From the NCBI GenBank assembly GCA_003550645.1, contig PUKV01000040.1, positions 1 through 52,405 on the forward strand: 52,405 nucleotides of DNA, written 5' to 3'. Below are positions 52,199 through 52,405 of the stretch, one piece after another (position 1 is the stretch's first letter; each line of letters opens with the position of its first letter). Made by a program: the position numbers and the translations under genes. The notes below the pieces were generated by a model. It did not search any database and had not been told where the DNA came from. It saw only the letters and a list, made by a program, of their open reading frames with translations. Source of the DNA: Syntrophomonadaceae bacterium (GTDB lineage Bacteria; Bacillota; Dethiobacteria; DTU022).

Positions 52199-52229
52199 AA
52201 AAAGGGTAGGTGTAAACCTACCCTGAAAA
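52199..52229 (-). terminator. Intrinsic terminator after the Nif3-like gene
   Basis: Minus strand GGGTAGG-TTTACA-CCTACCC followed by TTTTT: a perfect 7-bp stem at 52204-52210 / 52217-52223. Confidence 0.6.
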
Positions 52230-52231
52230 AG

Positions 52232-52405
52232 CTATTTCCAGCCCGGTGAAACCTTCGTTTGCAAGCAAACCCCGGTTCCAAAATCGTCTCTCTTCAATCG
52301 TTCATCCAGGTAAGCCCGGATATATGCCACTCCCGGCCACTCGGTAGCATCATGGCCGGCATCAACAAGTGCCAATCCGTAAGATTGGGCCAGTTTTAAA
52401 TCATG
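52232..52405 (-). CDS. Nif3-family dinuclear metal-centre protein, C-terminal fragment (5' end lies beyond the window)
   Basis: The open frame from the window edge translates as HDLKLAQSYGLALVDAGHDATEWPGVAYIRAYLDERL...GWK with a stop at 52232. The DAGH.ATE motif is characteristic of the Nif3/YqfO C-terminus. Confidence 0.7.
   Translation of the reverse strand, partial: HDLKLAQSYGLALVDAGHDATEWPGVAYIRAYLDERLKRDDFGTGVCLQTKVSPGWK

Noticed and set aside
1-52405. Sigma-54 promoter (TGGCAC-N5-TTGCW) as a target of the enhancer-binding protein at 252-2045
   Set aside because: I scanned both strands by eye for TGGCAC and GTGCCA. All occurrences are inside coding regions and lack a TTGC element 5 nt downstream. 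The target promoter is presumably outside the window.

Overview
In this 52.4-kb window every credible gene lies on the minus strand. It is dominated by a Firmicute (Clostridia/Bacillus-type) flagellar and chemotaxis supercluster. All product calls come from motifs I recognise by eye in the supplied translations; no database search was run.

Gene order in the direction of transcription (high to low coordinates):
- Nif3-like gene (3' part only), COG1579 zinc-ribbon coiled-coil protein, acidic single-pass membrane protein, tatC, and a protein made of 21 consecutive MORN repeats.
- HD-GYP phosphodiesterase, ComFB-family protein, FapA/DUF342, then flgM-flgN-flgK-flgL-fliW and a FlgN-like orf.
- A 600-nt AT-rich intergenic region holding a sigmaA-type extended -10 promoter, a c-di-GMP-I (GEMM-I) riboswitch and an intrinsic terminator.
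- flgB-flgC-fliE-fliF-fliG-fliH-fliI-fliJ-fliK-flgD-orf-flgE-motA-motB-fliL-(fliN-like)-fliO-fliP-fliQ-fliR-flhB-flhA-flhF-flhG-PilZ(YcgR-like)-fliA-(membrane orf)-flgF/G-flgG-fliM-fliN-fliY-cheA-cheY-cheD-cheB-cheR.
- A secreted M14/AstE-AspA-like peptidase, a FliK-C-terminal-like protein, a YlqH-type FlhB-C-terminal-like protein, an EAL-HDOD protein, a YbaK-like deacylase and a sigma-54 enhancer-binding protein.

I found no rRNA, tRNA, CRISPR array, transposase or integrase. Flagellin, fliD, fliS, csrA, cheW and MCP genes are absent from the window.

Observations most worth follow-up:
1. An intergenic element of about 120 nt that I do not recognise. It occurs in three full copies and one partial copy, all in the same orientation. 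Each sits just 5' of a minus-strand gene: EAL-HDOD, FapA, HD-GYP and the MORN protein. It has conserved blocks, one hairpin with compensatory changes, and a short uORF.
2. The c-di-GMP riboswitch and terminator in front of flgB.
3. A recent in-frame tandem duplication in fliY that yields two complete CheC-like domains (four phosphatase motifs), in a cluster with three SpoA/FliN-domain genes.
4. An HD-GYP/ComFB pair beside fapA-flgM.
5. A second FliK-like/FlhB-C-like pair at the distal end of the cluster.

Many proteins are strikingly acidic.
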